From assembly GCA_963727505.1 (NCBI GenBank), contig CAVSGP010000006.1:64001-128000 (forward strand): DNA of 64,000 nucleotides, given 5' to 3'. The stretch comes from an uncultured Trueperaceae bacterium (GTDB lineage: Bacteria > Deinococcota > Deinococci > Deinococcales > Trueperaceae). The translations under genes and the position numbers were made by a program. Position 1 is the first letter of the stretch; the number at the start of each line of letters is the position of its first letter. Below are positions 30,099-40,767 of the stretch, piece by piece. Below the pieces are notes generated by a model. It worked only from the letters and a program-made list of their open reading frames with translations, was not told the origin of the DNA and did not search any database.

Positions 30099-31327
30099 AC
30101 GGACTCAGGCGGGGACACGCCGGGTCGCCGCAGCGTCGGCAAGTACACCAGCAGCGCCGCGGCGCAGAGCGTTGCGCTGAGCGCGAGAGAAGTCGCGTAG
30201 GCCCCGGCCGAGGCGTGCCCGCCGGCGGGGGCGAGCGCGTTCACCACGTTGCCGATGCCCCACTGCAGGACGAAGCCGCCCAGGAACATGAAGAGGTTGA
30301 TCGCGGTCACCGCCCTGCCGGTGAGCCCGGCCGGAAACAGCACGTTGGCCTGGGCGTAGAGCAGCAGCGCGAACGACCCGCTGCCCGCCAGCAGGAACAG
30401 CAGCGCGCCCAGCGCCGCGGGCGCCGCCACTCGGCCCGCGACCAGGGCGAGCGCGGCCTGCACCAGCACCATCACGAGCGTTGCGGTCGCCACCACCCTG
30501 GCGGGCCCGAAGCGCTGGGCGAGCCAGCCCGAGACGAAGAAGCCGAGCACCAGGCCGATGCCGAGCCAGAGCAGCACGTTGCCCGCTGCCACGGCGCTCA
30601 AGCCGGCGGCCTCGGTCAGGTAGGGGCCTGCCCAGAGGCTCTGGTAGGCGAAGGTCGTGCCCATCACGGCGAAGCCCAGGAACGCCAGCCGCCAGAACGC
30701 CGCGCTGCCGAAGATGTCGCCGAAGCCGCCCGGGGACGCCTGCGAGTGAGACTCCGTCCGAGGTGTGCGGACGACGGTTGCGATGGCGACGGCGCTGAGG
30801 AGAAGCACCACGGCCCCGCCGGCGAAGATGGCGCGCCAGCCCACCGCGCGGTTCAGCAGCGCCAGCGGCGCGGTCGCCACCAGGGCGCCCGACGAGCCGG
30901 TGGCCGTGAGCATGCCCGCGACCGCGGCGAACCTGCGCGGCGGATGGATCTGCGAGAGCGCCTTGAGGCCGCCCATCAGGATGCCGGCCGTGCCGAGCCC
31001 GAGCAGCGCCCGGCCCACGCCCAGCCAGACCACGTTCGGCGCCGCGGCGAACACCAGCGCGCCCACCACGCCGGTCAGCATCAGGGCGCTGGTGGTGATC
31101 CGGGCGCCGTAGCGGTCGAGGGCGCTGCCGAAGGGGAGTTGGGCGAGGGCGAAGAAGCCGAAGAACAGACTGCTCATGAGACCGAGCTGCGCCGGCGAGA
31201 GACCCATGCCCGTCGTCAGGTCGTCGGCGATGACGGCATTGGCCGATCGGAAGAAGTAGGACAGGAAGTGGGCGGCTGCGAATACGGCGAAGACGCGCCA
31301 GGCACGGGTCACGGTGCCGGCGAGCAT
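30095..31327 (-). CDS. MFS transporter
   Basis: About 12 TM helices; motif A GSALDRYGAR; alternative GTG start at 31312. Confidence 0.85.
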   Translation of the reverse strand: MLAGTVTRAWRVFAVFAAAHFLSYFFRSANAVIADDLTTGMGLSPAQLGLMSSLFFGFFALAQLPFGSALDRYGARITTSALMLTGVVGALVFAAAPNVVWLGVGRALLGLGTAGILMGGLKALSQIHPPRRFAAVAGMLTATGSSGALVATAPLALLNRAVGWRAIFAGGAVVLLLSAVAIATVVRTPRTESHSQASPGGFGDIFGSAAFWRLAFLGFAVMGTTFAYQSLWAGPYLTEAAGLSAVAAGNVLLWLGIGLVLGFFVSGWLAQRFGPARVVATATLVMVLVQAALALVAGRVAAPAALGALLFLLAGSGSFALLLYAQANVLFPAGLTGRAVTAINLFMFLGGFVLQWGIGNVVNALAPAGGHASAGAYATSLALSATLCAAALLVYLPTLRRPGVSPPESV

Positions 31328-31349
31328 ACCAGGGCGCCCCGACGGGGCG

Positions 31350-31703
31350 TCACCCGAGCTCGCGCGTGTCCTCGAAGATCTGCCAGCCCACGCCCGCGGG
31401 CGTGGCCTCGAGTCTCTTCTGGAGGGTCTCGGCCAACCACGGTACCAGGCCCGAGACGTCCTCCTCCTCGTCGTCGCGGAAGGTCAGCACGGTGAACTGG
31501 TAGAACTGCTGCGTCGCGCTCAGGGTGCCGTCGTCGAAGAAGGTGAAGGGGGCGGCGGGGATGGGGTCGATCAGGACGTGCACGTCCGGACCGAGGGTGG
31601 CGGGCAGGAAGGCGCCGAGGTCCACCTCGTCGTCGCGGGGATGCCACACGTACCCCTGCAGCAGGCGCACCGCTTGGCGGTCGTCCTGCCGCTCCGTGCT
31701 CAC
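31350..31703 (-). CDS. Conserved Deinococcota protein (DUF3208-like)
   Basis: AVRLLQGYVWHP..PFTFFDDGTLSATQQFYQFT..TPAGVGWQ..ED; family recalled from memory; GTGA overlap with the HAD gene. Confidence 0.65.
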   Translation of the reverse strand: MSTERQDDRQAVRLLQGYVWHPRDDEVDLGAFLPATLGPDVHVLIDPIPAAPFTFFDDGTLSATQQFYQFTVLTFRDDEEEDVSGLVPWLAETLQKRLEATPAGVGWQIFEDTRELG

Positions 31704-32317
31704 GCGAAGCCGGGTGGGAGGGGGGTGTCGGGCAGGGCCCGCCGCCAGCGCGCCGCGAAGCCGGGAAGGTCGTCGACGAGCAGGCCGGTGAAACCGAGAT
31801 CGTTGCAAGCATCGATGTTGCGCGCGTTGTCGTCGATGAAGACGGTCTCTTCCGGTGGGAGTCCGAGGGCGCCCTGCAACGCGTCGAAGGCCTCCCGGTG
31901 CGGTTTGCGCACTCCGATCTCGTTGGAGAACACCCAGCGTTCCACCCGTTGCATGCGCGGGTCGTCGCGCACGAGGTCGCACAGCTCCGGCACGTTGTTG
32001 GACAACACGCCGACGGTGTACGTGGGCGAAAGGGTAGCGAGCAGGGCCAGCATCGGTTCGCGCCAGCGCACGGCGCCCAGGAAGGTGCTCCGGAAGGTGG
32101 TCTCGTCGGTGTGGAGGCCGGTACGCGCCTCCAGCCGGCGCTGGAACTCGGGTAGGTCGAACGCGCCGTCCTCGAACGTCCCCATCAGCTCGAGGTAGGG
32201 CTCCTTCAGGCGGGACTCGGGCACGCTGTGAAGCGCAGCCAGCGCCGTCACGGCGCTGCTGTCGAAGGTGCCCTCGGTGAAGACGCCGCCCCAGTCGAAG
32301 GCGATCGCGCGGATCAC
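31700..32317 (-). CDS. HAD family phosphatase (YihX-like)
   Basis: FDWGGV, LSNN, RKP, FIDD...NI. Confidence 0.85.
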   Translation of the reverse strand: MIRAIAFDWGGVFTEGTFDSSAVTALAALHSVPESRLKEPYLELMGTFEDGAFDLPEFQRRLEARTGLHTDETTFRSTFLGAVRWREPMLALLATLSPTYTVGVLSNNVPELCDLVRDDPRMQRVERWVFSNEIGVRKPHREAFDALQGALGLPPEETVFIDDNARNIDACNDLGFTGLLVDDLPGFAARWRRALPDTPLPPGFA

Positions 32318-32679
32318 GAGCGCACGCCCGACCATGGCGCCGCTGCCGCTGCGCTGCTCAGCTCGTGGTGCACCAAGGCGATGCCCTCCGGCACCAGGAC
32401 CGCCGCCGTGAAAACGACGAAGACGGCCAGGCCAACCAGCGTCGCGCGGTGGAAGAACACCGAGTAGACGTCTTCGCTCCGGCGCACGCGGCGGTACAGC
32501 ATGCCCACCAGGAGGACCTGCGAGGCGCCGAGCACGGCCAGGGCCGCAAGGGTACCCAGCGTCCCGAGCCACGGCAACGGGTACTCCAGCAACGCGGACA
32601 GGAGATAGGTAGCGGTGAACAGGGCCGCGGCGGTGGCCGCGAGCGCTGCGGTGGGGGGTCGGAGGATCACGTCAGCCAT
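32314..32679 (-). CDS. Hypothetical membrane protein (about 3 TM helices)
   Basis: Hydrophobic segments; SD GAAGG; stop overlaps the HAD start. Confidence 0.65.
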   Translation of the reverse strand: MADVILRPPTAALAATAAALFTATYLLSALLEYPLPWLGTLGTLAALAVLGASQVLLVGMLYRRVRRSEDVYSVFFHRATLVGLAVFVVFTAAVLVPEGIALVHHELSSAAAAAPWSGVRS

Positions 32680-32917
32680 AGTGCCTTCATCGATGCCCGG
32701 CGTCGCCCGGCAGGCGCGTGCGCGATGCCTGTTCGCGACGGGGCGGTGGTGTAGCGCGCGGCGCGGCCGGGTCCCCGGTCCGGAGCGACCGATCGGCGCC
32801 GCCGCCGCACGCATGATACAGGGGAGCCGCCACACCGTGGGGCCAGCAACGAACGGGCCGCTGCGCCGGCCGCGGGACCCGCCGTCGCGGGGCCGCCGGT
32901 CGCAGGCTCGGCCGCAA

Positions 32918-32969
32918 CCGTCAGCCGCCACCGTCAGCCGCCACTGTCACCCGTAACCGTCAGCCATCA
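32918..32969. repeat. 13-bp tandem repeat x4 spanning the comM stop codon
   Basis: ccgtcagccgcca x2, ctgtcacccgtaa, ccgtcagccatca. Confidence 0.8.
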
Positions 32970-34447
32970 CGGTAGGCGGCGGCCTCTGCCAGGTGCGGCT
33001 CGCCCACGACCGTCTCTCCTGCGAGGTCGGCCAGCGTGCGCGCAACGCGCAGCACCCGTTCGTAGCCACGTCCCGTCAAGCGCAACCGATCGATCAGCTC
33101 GCGGGCCAGGCGCCGCCCGCCCGCCGAAAGCGCCGCCGCCTGGCGCAGCTCGGCCCCGCCGAGGACGGTGTTGAGGGTGGCCTGACGCTCGAGCATGCGC
33201 CGGCGGGCGGCCAGCACGCGTCGGGCCACCGCCTCCGAGGGCTCGCCCGACGCCCGGGCCAGCACCTCGTTCGGCGTCAGGCGAGGGATCCGGACGCGCA
33301 GGTCGAAGCGGTCGAGCAGCGGGCCGGAGATGCGGCGCCGGTAGCGCTGGCGCTCGCCCGGAGTGCAATGGCAGGGCTCGTGCGGGTCGCCGTCGTACCC
33401 GCAGGCGCAGGGGTTTCGCGCCGCCACCAGCAGGAAACGAGCGGGGAAGGTGACGCTTCCGCCGACCCGCGAGATGCTCACGCGCCCCTCCTCGAGGGGC
33501 TGCCGCAGGGCTTCGAGGGTGCGCCGGTCGAACTCGGGCAGTTCGTCCAGGAAGAGCACGCCACGATGGGCGAGGCTGGCCTCGCCGGGACGCGGCGGGG
33601 AGCCGCCGCCGATCACGCCGCCCTGCGAGCTGCTGTGGTGCGGGCTGCGCATCGGAGGGTGGCGGATCAGGCCGTGTCCGGCCAGCAGCCCCGCGCTCGA
33701 GTGGATGCGGGTCACCTCGATCGCCTCGTCCTCGGTGAGCGGCGGGAGGACCCCGGCCAGCCGGCGCGCCAGCATGGTCTTGCCCGCGCCCGGAGGGCCG
33801 GTGAGGAGCAGGTTGTGCGCGCCGGCCGCGGCGATCTCCAATGCCCGTCGGCCGCCCGCCTGACCGCGAACGTCGCCCAGGTCGGGCACGGGGGGTGCCG
33901 GCGCCGGCGGGCCCGGGGCGCACGGCGCCAGCGCGAGGCGACCGCGCAGGTGATCGACGGCCTCGGCCAGCGTGTGGGGCGCCAGCACGCGCAGGCCCCT
34001 CACGGCCGCGACCTCGGCGGCGTTCAACGGCGGCGCCAGGACCGTGTGGTGCCCGCGCTCCGCTGCCAGCAGGCCGATGTTGATGGCGCCGCGGACCGGC
34101 CGGATGGTGCCGTCGAGCGCCAGCTCCCCGAAGGCCAGCGCGCGTTCGAGGGCGCGCGCCGGCAGGCGGCGCTCGGCGGCGAGCAGGGCCAGCGCGATCG
34201 GCAGGTCGAAGGCGGGCCCCTCCTTGCGCACGTCAGCGGGCGCCAGGTTGACCGTGATGCGGCTGGGCGGCAGGGCGGCCCCGAGGTGCTTCAGGGCCGC
34301 GCGCACGCGCTCCCGCGACTCCTGCACCGCGGCGCCCGGCAGTCCGACCACCGTGAACGACGGCAGACCGCCGCTGACGAACACCTCGACCCGGACCTCC
34401 AGCGCGTCGACGCCAACGACGGTTGCGGAGAGAGCGTGGGCGAGCAT
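32960..34447 (-). CDS. comM: ComM/YifB Mg-chelatase-like AAA+ ATPase
   Basis: [71 protein letters not shown]. Confidence 0.92.
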   Translation of the reverse strand: MLAHALSATVVGVDALEVRVEVFVSGGLPSFTVVGLPGAAVQESRERVRAALKHLGAALPPSRITVNLAPADVRKEGPAFDLPIALALLAAERRLPARALERALAFGELALDGTIRPVRGAINIGLLAAERGHHTVLAPPLNAAEVAAVRGLRVLAPHTLAEAVDHLRGRLALAPCAPGPPAPAPPVPDLGDVRGQAGGRRALEIAAAGAHNLLLTGPPGAGKTMLARRLAGVLPPLTEDEAIEVTRIHSSAGLLAGHGLIRHPPMRSPHHSSSQGGVIGGGSPPRPGEASLAHRGVLFLDELPEFDRRTLEALRQPLEEGRVSISRVGGSVTFPARFLLVAARNPCACGYDGDPHEPCHCTPGERQRYRRRISGPLLDRFDLRVRIPRLTPNEVLARASGEPSEAVARRVLAARRRMLERQATLNTVLGGAELRQAAALSAGGRRLARELIDRLRLTGRGYERVLRVARTLADLAGETVVGEPHLAEAAAYRDG

Positions 34448-34629
34448 CGGGGCCACGCTAGCGCCGTTCGCCGACCCCGTCCCCACCGGGCGCGGCACCT
34501 GCCCAGAAGACGGCGGCCGGCGACCCGTCGTGAGCGCGGCCCCATGAAGGTGGCCGGAATCCTGCTACACTCGCGCGGTCGGCACGACGTTGACACGTCA
34601 GCTTTGCCCTAACGAGGAGGCCGTCCCGT

Positions 34630-35319
34630 ATGAGAACCTTCCGAACCGTCATCATCGTGGGAGCACTCGGGTTGCTGGTGAGCGCGTGCAGTGCGCTCAT
34701 CCCCGACCAGACGCTCAACAATCCGCTCGGTCTGGACAACCAGACCATCGCCCTCAACAACGTGGGTACTGCCGGGCTCGCCCAGCAGGCCACGGGTTCG
34801 ACCAGCTTCTCGGGGAGTACGACGACGCATTTCCCGGACCAGGACCTGAGCAGCAAGCCGAGCTGGGCCAACCCCAACGGCTTCACCTCCGACATCGCGG
34901 CCACCAGCGTCACGATCAAGCCGGGCGACAGCACCACCCTGCCCTCGACCTTGAACGTCACGCAGGTCACCTTGGGCCTGACCGTCACGGACGGTTCCGG
35001 GACGCCCTCGTTCAACTGGAGCTACGATTCCGGCACGAAGTCGCAGATCCTCGTGCTGACGCGCGACACCTGTGGCGCCACGGCCGCCGACGGCTGCACC
35101 TATACGGTCGCCGCCGGTTCGGACCTGAGCGACGTCGGTAAGCTCATCGTCGTGAGCTTCTCGCAGAGCCAGGTCGGCACATTGATGGACATCATCGGTA
35201 AGGGCACCAGCCCCAACGACGTCACCGCCAACGCCGGCGTGACGGTCGACCAGGCGTTGACGGGCGTCAGCGAGATGGACGTCACCCTCGGCAATGCCAC
35301 GGGAACGTTGAAGTTCTGA
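34630..35319 (+). CDS. Hypothetical lipoprotein (Thr/Ser-rich, probably beta-rich)
   Basis: Lipobox LVSAC; SD GAGGAGG; upstream TACACT box. Confidence 0.8.
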   Translation: MRTFRTVIIVGALGLLVSACSALIPDQTLNNPLGLDNQTIALNNVGTAGLAQQATGSTSFSGSTTTHFPDQDLSSKPSWANPNGFTSDIAATSVTIKPGDSTTLPSTLNVTQVTLGLTVTDGSGTPSFNWSYDSGTKSQILVLTRDTCGATAADGCTYTVAAGSDLSDVGKLIVVSFSQSQVGTLMDIIGKGTSPNDVTANAGVTVDQALTGVSEMDVTLGNATGTLKF

Positions 35320-35372
35320 TCCACCTGGCGTAGGAAGCGTCGACGACGTCTCCCGGTCCCGAGCGGCCGGTG

Positions 35373-35412
35373 CATCGGGCTCCTGAGCGCGGCAGCGTGC
35401 AGGAGCCCGATG
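35373..35412. terminator. Hairpin between convergent genes
   Basis: catcgggctcctg...caggagcccgatg 13-bp stem, with an inner stem closed by a GGCA tetraloop. Confidence 0.6.
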
Positions 35413-35440
35413 TCGTGACGCGGTTCCGAACGGCCGGGCC

Positions 35441-36298
35441 CTAAGCCGGCTCGCTCCGCGCGATCAGCCCGAACGTGCCCGGCCCGACATGGCTGGTGAG
35501 CACGGCCCCGATCTGGTAGACGCCTTGGAAGGTCGCGTCGATGCCGGCGGACTCCACGGCTGCGCGCAGGCGCTCCACCGCTTCCTCGTCCTGGATGTGG
35601 ATGTAGTCGACGGTGATGCGCCCGCCGGGATGCTCGTCGACGAAGGTGCGGAAACGATCGACCATCTCCTGCAACGCCTTGCGCATGCCGCGAACGCGGG
35701 TCAGGGGCTCCAACAGCCCCTGCTCCAGGGTGAGGAGGGGCTTGATGTTGAGCAGGCTGCCCACCAGCGCGCTCGCGCGGCCGATGCGTCCGCCCTTCTG
35801 CAGGTAATCGAATGACGCGACGGTGAAGACGATGAAGGTGTTGTCGCGCATGTGCTCGAGCCCGGCCAGGATCTCCTCGAGCGAGGCTCCGCGGTCGCGC
35901 AGGCGCGCGGCGGTGCGCGCCATGGCGCCGTGCCCGAGGCTCGCCACGCGGCTGTCGAAGACCGTTACCGGCGCGTCGACCGCCTCCCTCGCTGCCACGG
36001 CCGACTGGTAGGTGCCCGACAGCTCGGAGGTCAGCGTGACGACGAGGATGGTGTCCGCCCCGTTCTCGACGGCCGCACGGTAGGTGGCGGCGTAGTCTTC
36101 CGGGCTCGGCTGGCTGGTGGTGGGGAGGGCGGCGCCGTCGGTGACGCCGGCGATGATCGTCGATGGCTGGATGTCGAGCCAGTCCCGATAGGTCTCGCCC
36201 TTGAACCGCACGTAGAGCGGAACGCGGAGGATGCCCAAGCGTTCCAGCTCGTCCTCCTGCAGATCGGCGGTCGAGTCGGTCACGATGGCAAGGTTCAT
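35441..36298 (-). CDS. DegV family fatty acid-binding protein
   Basis: IVTDSTADL, PTTSQPSP, LSGTYQSA, YLQKGGRIG, LNIKPLL, HVGPG. Confidence 0.93.
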   Translation of the reverse strand: MNLAIVTDSTADLQEDELERLGILRVPLYVRFKGETYRDWLDIQPSTIIAGVTDGAALPTTSQPSPEDYAATYRAAVENGADTILVVTLTSELSGTYQSAVAAREAVDAPVTVFDSRVASLGHGAMARTAARLRDRGASLEEILAGLEHMRDNTFIVFTVASFDYLQKGGRIGRASALVGSLLNIKPLLTLEQGLLEPLTRVRGMRKALQEMVDRFRTFVDEHPGGRITVDYIHIQDEEAVERLRAAVESAGIDATFQGVYQIGAVLTSHVGPGTFGLIARSEPA

Positions 36299-36437
36299 AC
36301 TGCTCCCTCATGGGACCGCTCCGCGGTCGGGTCGGTCTCGGTGCGCGTCGTGGCTGTCGCCGCAGTCTACCGCTCCTGCTCCGGCCTGGCGGCCGGCGGG
36401 CGGGGCCGTCGTGCCCTGCCGGTCAGCGAGGCAGCGC

Positions 36438-37460
36438 TCAGGCGGAGGGGAGCGCGTCGAGCGCCCCCTGCGCGATGAGGTGCTCGGCGATCTGCACGGC
36501 GTTGAGCGCCGCGCCCTTGCGGATCTGGTCGCCCGCAACGAAGAGCGCCACGGCGCCATCCAGGCTCGCGTCGGCCCGGATGCGGCCTACCAGCACCTCG
36601 TCGCCGCCCGAGGCATCGAGCGGCATGGGGAAGGTGTTGCGGGCGCGGTCGTCCACCACCCGCACGCCGGGTGCTGCGGCGAGCGTCTCGCGTACCTCGT
36701 CGGCCGAAACGGGCCGCCGGAACTCGGCGTGGATGGCCTCGCTGTGGGCGCGGAAGACCGGCACTCGCACACAGGTCGCGCTGAGGCGAAGGTCCGGCTC
36801 CGCAAGGATCTTGCGGGTCTCCAGGACCAGCTTGCGTTCCTCGACGTTGTAGCCGTCCTCGCCGACGTCGCTGTCGTGGCTGAAGAGGTTGAACGCGATC
36901 CTGTGCTGGAACTTCCTGGGTCTCGGGTCGCTTCCGCCGAGCACCGCTCGCGTCTGCTCGCGCAACTCTTCGATGCCGGCCGCGCCGGCGCCGGAGACGG
37001 CCTGATAGGTGGCGATGGTGGCCCGCTCCAGGCCGAAGGCGCGGTGCAGCGGCGCCAGCGCCATCAGCGCGATGATGGTCGAGCAGTTGGGGTTGGCGAT
37101 GATGCCGCGATGGTTCAGTGCCGCCTCGCCGTTGGCCTCCGGCACCACCAGGGGGACGCGTTCGTCCATCCGCCAGGCGCTGGTGTTGTCGATGACGACC
37201 GCGCCGTGCTCAGCCCAGCGCCAGGCGTGCTGCTTGGAGACCTGACCGCCCGCCGACGAGAAGACCACGTCGGCGTCGAGGTTGCCGTCCTCGGGTAAGG
37301 GCAACACGGGCAGCTCCGTATCGCGGAAGGGGAGGCTCCGCCCCGCCGACCGGGGGGAGGCGTACAGCGCCAGCGCCGTGAGCGGGAACCGCCGCTCGTC
37401 GAGGATCCCCAGGAATTCGGTCCCGACGGCGCCGGTGGCACCCACGATCGCTACTCGCAT
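36438..37460 (-). CDS. asd: Aspartate-semialdehyde dehydrogenase
   Basis: VAIVGATGAVG, DNTSAWRM, IANPNCST, YQAVSGAG, TCVRVPV..HSE, KGAALNAVQIAE. Confidence 0.96.
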   Translation of the reverse strand: MRVAIVGATGAVGTEFLGILDERRFPLTALALYASPRSAGRSLPFRDTELPVLPLPEDGNLDADVVFSSAGGQVSKQHAWRWAEHGAVVIDNTSAWRMDERVPLVVPEANGEAALNHRGIIANPNCSTIIALMALAPLHRAFGLERATIATYQAVSGAGAAGIEELREQTRAVLGGSDPRPRKFQHRIAFNLFSHDSDVGEDGYNVEERKLVLETRKILAEPDLRLSATCVRVPVFRAHSEAIHAEFRRPVSADEVRETLAAAPGVRVVDDRARNTFPMPLDASGGDEVLVGRIRADASLDGAVALFVAGDQIRKGAALNAVQIAEHLIAQGALDALPSA

Positions 37461-37599
37461 GCTTCCTCCTCGGCCCGGCGTCGATGCCGGCTGGCGCGTC
37501 CCCGCACGGGGCTTCAGGTGTCGGAGTCTAGCATGCGCCCCGTCGCGCTCCGGCCCCCCTCCCGGTTTTGCGGCGGCTCCAAGCCTTAGCATGGGGATC

Positions 37600-37887
37600 A
37601 TGACGCCGACACCGTGCGCGCCCGTTCGTGGGGGGAAGGTGGACTGGCAGGCGCTGGAGAGTTGCATCCCGCTCGACGAGCTGCCCGCGTTCCACCGCGC
37701 CTTCATGCAGAGGCTCGAGCCCGGCGAGGACTGGCAGAATGCCTTCCTCCGCCGGGTCCAGGGCAAGGTGCAGGCGTCGCTCAAGCGGCTCCTGCGCGAA
37801 GGCGCCGCAGGTTACGAGGACGGGCGTTACTGGCTCGATGCCGCGCTGGTCCCCGATGCGTTCCGGGTCTACCTCATGGAGGAGTGA
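37600..37887 (+). CDS. Small hypothetical protein
   Basis: Globular-looking 95-aa ORF (IPLDELPAFHRAF..LRRVQGKV); TAGCAT 7 nt upstream; abuts proB. Confidence 0.65.
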   Translation: MTPTPCAPVRGGKVDWQALESCIPLDELPAFHRAFMQRLEPGEDWQNAFLRRVQGKVQASLKRLLREGAAGYEDGRYWLDAALVPDAFRVYLMEE

Positions 37888-37889
37888 GA

Positions 37890-38993
37890 GTGGAGCAGCG
37901 CCTCCGGCGCTTCGTCGTCAAGGTCGGCACGAGTTCCCTCACGGACCACAGCGGCCGCATCGCACCGCCCCTGATGTGGGCCATCGCCCGGGGCGCCAGC
38001 GTGCTGGCCGACGAGCATGGGGCGCGCTTCGTGCTGGTCTCGTCGGGCGCCGGCGCGGCAGGTCGCGAGCGCCTGGGCCTCGACCTGCCGCTGACGCTTC
38101 CCGACAAGCAGGCGGCCGCCGCCGTGGGTCAAACGCTGCTCATGCTCGACTGGTCGAGGGCGCTGGCGCCACGGCCGGTGGCGCAGCTGCTGCTGTCTGC
38201 GGGCGATGTGCGCGACCGGGAGCGGTACGTCAACGCCAAGCACGCGCTGGAGGCATCCCTACGCCTGGGGGCGGTGCCGGTCGTCAACGAGAACGACAGC
38301 GTCGCCACCAGCGAGCTGAAGCTCGGCGACAACGACACCCTGTCGGCCTGGGTCTCCTACCTGGTGGACGCCGATGCCTTGATCATCCTCACCGATGTGG
38401 ACGGCCTCCACGAGGCGGACCCGCGCCGGCAGCCGGACGCGCGTCGGATCGACGTGGTACGCGACGTCGTGGAGGTCGAGGCGCTCGCGGGACGGAGCGG
38501 AGACCCGCGGGGAACGGGCGGCATGGCCACCAAGCTTCGAGCCGCGCGGATCGCCACCGAAGCGGGGATCGAGACCCTCATCATCGGTGGCGGCGGCGCA
38601 GGGCTGGAGGCGCTGGCAGGCGGCACGGTGCGGGGCACGCGCTTCCTCGCCCGGGCGCGAACGCCGGCTCGCAAGGCGTGGATCGCGCAGCAGCCGGCGC
38701 GCGGAACAGTCGAGGTCGACGACGGCGCGGCCGCGGCCCTGGAGCGCGGGCGCAGCCTGCTCCCGCGCGGCGTGGTGGCGGTGCGGGGCCGCTTCGATTT
38801 CGGCGACGCCGTCTCCGTGACCCATGGCGGCGAGGTGCTGGGCGTCGGACTCAGCAACTTCGCCAGCGACGCGCTGGCGCGCATCCAGGGGCGCCACACT
38901 TCCGAGATCGCAGCGATCCTGGGCGTCAAGGACTTCGACGAGGTGATCCATCGCGACAATCTGGCGCCGGTGGAGGGCGCGAACCGCCGCTGA
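37890..38993 (+). CDS. proB: Glutamate 5-kinase with PUA domain
   Basis: VVKVGTSSLT, VSSGA, KQAAAAVGQ, NENDSV, GDNDTLS, GTGGMATK, IHRDNL. Confidence 0.95.
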   Translation: MEQRLRRFVVKVGTSSLTDHSGRIAPPLMWAIARGASVLADEHGARFVLVSSGAGAAGRERLGLDLPLTLPDKQAAAAVGQTLLMLDWSRALAPRPVAQLLLSAGDVRDRERYVNAKHALEASLRLGAVPVVNENDSVATSELKLGDNDTLSAWVSYLVDADALIILTDVDGLHEADPRRQPDARRIDVVRDVVEVEALAGRSGDPRGTGGMATKLRAARIATEAGIETLIIGGGGAGLEALAGGTVRGTRFLARARTPARKAWIAQQPARGTVEVDDGAAAALERGRSLLPRGVVAVRGRFDFGDAVSVTHGGEVLGVGLSNFASDALARIQGRHTSEIAAILGVKDFDEVIHRDNLAPVEGANRR

Positions 38994-39021
38994 ACGGCCT
39001 CGGTGGTAGCATGGCGGCGTC

Positions 39022-39483
39022 ATGCGCGGTCGCAAGCAACTCGCCTTCCTCTCTGCCGGCCTCACCTTGGCGTGGGGGTTGCTGGGCCTGCTGAACCCCC
39101 TGCTGCTGGTGCGCATCGTGGGCCTGGACGTGGTCGACCCGCGCGGGCTCAGCGAGGCGCGGGCCCTGTTCGGCGCCTTCTTCGTGGTGATGGGCGCGGT
39201 CATGCTGTGGGCCGCTTCGGCGCGCTCGGCGCCCCCTGTCTACCTGCGCCTGCCGGGCCTCCTGATCACCGGCGAGGCTGCGGGGCGACTGGCCAGCATC
39301 GTGATCGACGGCGTTCTGTCCCCTCTGAACTTCGTGTTCCTGGTCGTGGAGCTGCTCATCGGCGTCCTTGCCCTCGTGGCCAGCTTCCCCGGCGACGGAA
39401 GCCGGGGCCCGGGTCCGCGCGGCGCGCCGGGGCCGGAATCCGACGACGACGGGCCCGACCCGCTCCGTGCCTACCGCGGATGA
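39022..39483 (+). CDS. Membrane protein (DUF4345-like)
   Basis: 4 TM helices; SEARALFGAFF, GRLASIVIDG. Confidence 0.65.
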   Translation: MRGRKQLAFLSAGLTLAWGLLGLLNPLLLVRIVGLDVVDPRGLSEARALFGAFFVVMGAVMLWAASARSAPPVYLRLPGLLITGEAAGRLASIVIDGVLSPLNFVFLVVELLIGVLALVASFPGDGSRGPGPRGAPGPESDDDGPDPLRAYRG

Positions 39484-39513
39484 ACCGCCACTGACCGCGA
39501 GGAAGCTTGCGCC

Positions 39514-40767
39514 ATGACTGGAGCCCCTCCCGACGGAACCCGTTTCGTGCCCCCCGAACTGGCGGGGGTCCGCGCCCGCACGCTCGAGCGCCTTCACGAT
39601 CTCTACCGCCGGTGGGGCTACCTGCGCGTGGAGGCCCCGTCGCTCGAGCGCTACGATCCGGCGCACCCCCGCGCCGAGCAGTCGTTCAAGCTCTCGGACC
39701 GCGATAGCGGCGTCCTGGCCCTGCGCTCGGACTTCACGCCAGCGCTCGCGCACCTGGTGCGGGCCACCTTCCCCGGCACGGCGGCGGGGCAGGGGCAGGC
39801 GCTGCGTCTTCGCTACAGCGGCACCGTATGGCAGGCCATCCATCCGGAGCTGGCGCGAACCCGGGAGTTCACCCAGATCGGCATCGAGCTGGTGGGGGTG
39901 AGCCACGCGCGGGCCGACGCGGAGCTCATCCACCTGGCGCGTGAGTCCGTTCGCGCCGTCGGGCTGGCACCGCGCGTCGAGATCGGCAACCCGGGGTTCG
40001 TTCGCGCTCTGTTCGACCTTGCGGCCGTACCCGAGCGGCGCCGGGAGCCCCTGGCCGACGCCATCGATCGCAAGGACCGCAGCGACATCGGGGTGCTGCT
40101 GTCCGAGCTTGCGCTCGACGGCCCGGTCGCTCACGCGCTGCTGGAGGTTCCCGACCTGTACGGCAGCGATGACGTGCTCGACGAGGCCCGGCGGCTGGCG
40201 CCGTGGCCCGAGGCGCGGGCCGAGATCGATCGGCTGGAGGGCGTGGTGGAGCAGTTCGAGGACGACAGCGAGTTGCTGCTCGATCTCGGGATGGCGCGCC
40301 GCCTCGCCTATTACACGGGCGTGACGTTCCGCGCCTACACCTTCGACTTCGGCCAACCGCTGTTGGGCGGCGGTCGTTATGACGGCGCACTGCTGCCCCA
40401 CGCCGCCGGGTTCTCGATCGGCCTGGAACGGTTGCTCAGCGCACTCCCCGCTCCCGAGCAGGAGATCCCGCCTCGGGTGCTGGCCACCGACGATGCCGGT
40501 GCGCGGCGGCTGCGCTCGGCAGGTGTGGCCGTGCTGCGCGCGTCCGCCGCGGCGCACGCCGAGGCGCTGGCCGAGGCTCGGGCCTTCGGCGTCCCCTACC
40601 TGCTGCACGACGGCGCCCTCGAGATCGTAGGCGTCGCTGCGGACGACGAGCTCGGTGCGCTACGGCGCCTGCTCGACGCTCCCGGCGGGGAGAGCCACGC
40701 TGTGGACGGCCACGGCGAGGACGGCCACGGCGAGGACGGCCACGGCGAGGAGGGCCACGGTGGTTGA
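39514..40767 (+). CDS. hisZ: ATP phosphoribosyltransferase regulatory subunit
   Basis: [43 protein letters not shown]; directly upstream of a short hisG. Confidence 0.92.
   Translation: MTGAPPDGTRFVPPELAGVRARTLERLHDLYRRWGYLRVEAPSLERYDPAHPRAEQSFKLSDRDSGVLALRSDFTPALAHLVRATFPGTAAGQGQALRLRYSGTVWQAIHPELARTREFTQIGIELVGVSHARADAELIHLARESVRAVGLAPRVEIGNPGFVRALFDLAAVPERRREPLADAIDRKDRSDIGVLLSELALDGPVAHALLEVPDLYGSDDVLDEARRLAPWPEARAEIDRLEGVVEQFEDDSELLLDLGMARRLAYYTGVTFRAYTFDFGQPLLGGGRYDGALLPHAAGFSIGLERLLSALPAPEQEIPPRVLATDDAGARRLRSAGVAVLRASAAAHAEALAEARAFGVPYLLHDGALEIVGVAADDELGALRRLLDAPGGESHAVDGHGEDGHGEDGHGEEGHGG
40690..40764 (+). repeat. 15-bp tandem repeat x5 encoding the (DGHGE)n tail of HisZ
   Basis: gacggccacggcgag x3 exact, flanked by degenerate units; every unit carries a CAC His codon. 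Confidence 0.9.

Noticed and set aside
32680..32917. GC-rich intergenic region as a possible ncRNA
   Set aside because: Only generic GC hairpins and a minus-strand TATCAT box; no recognisable RNA family.
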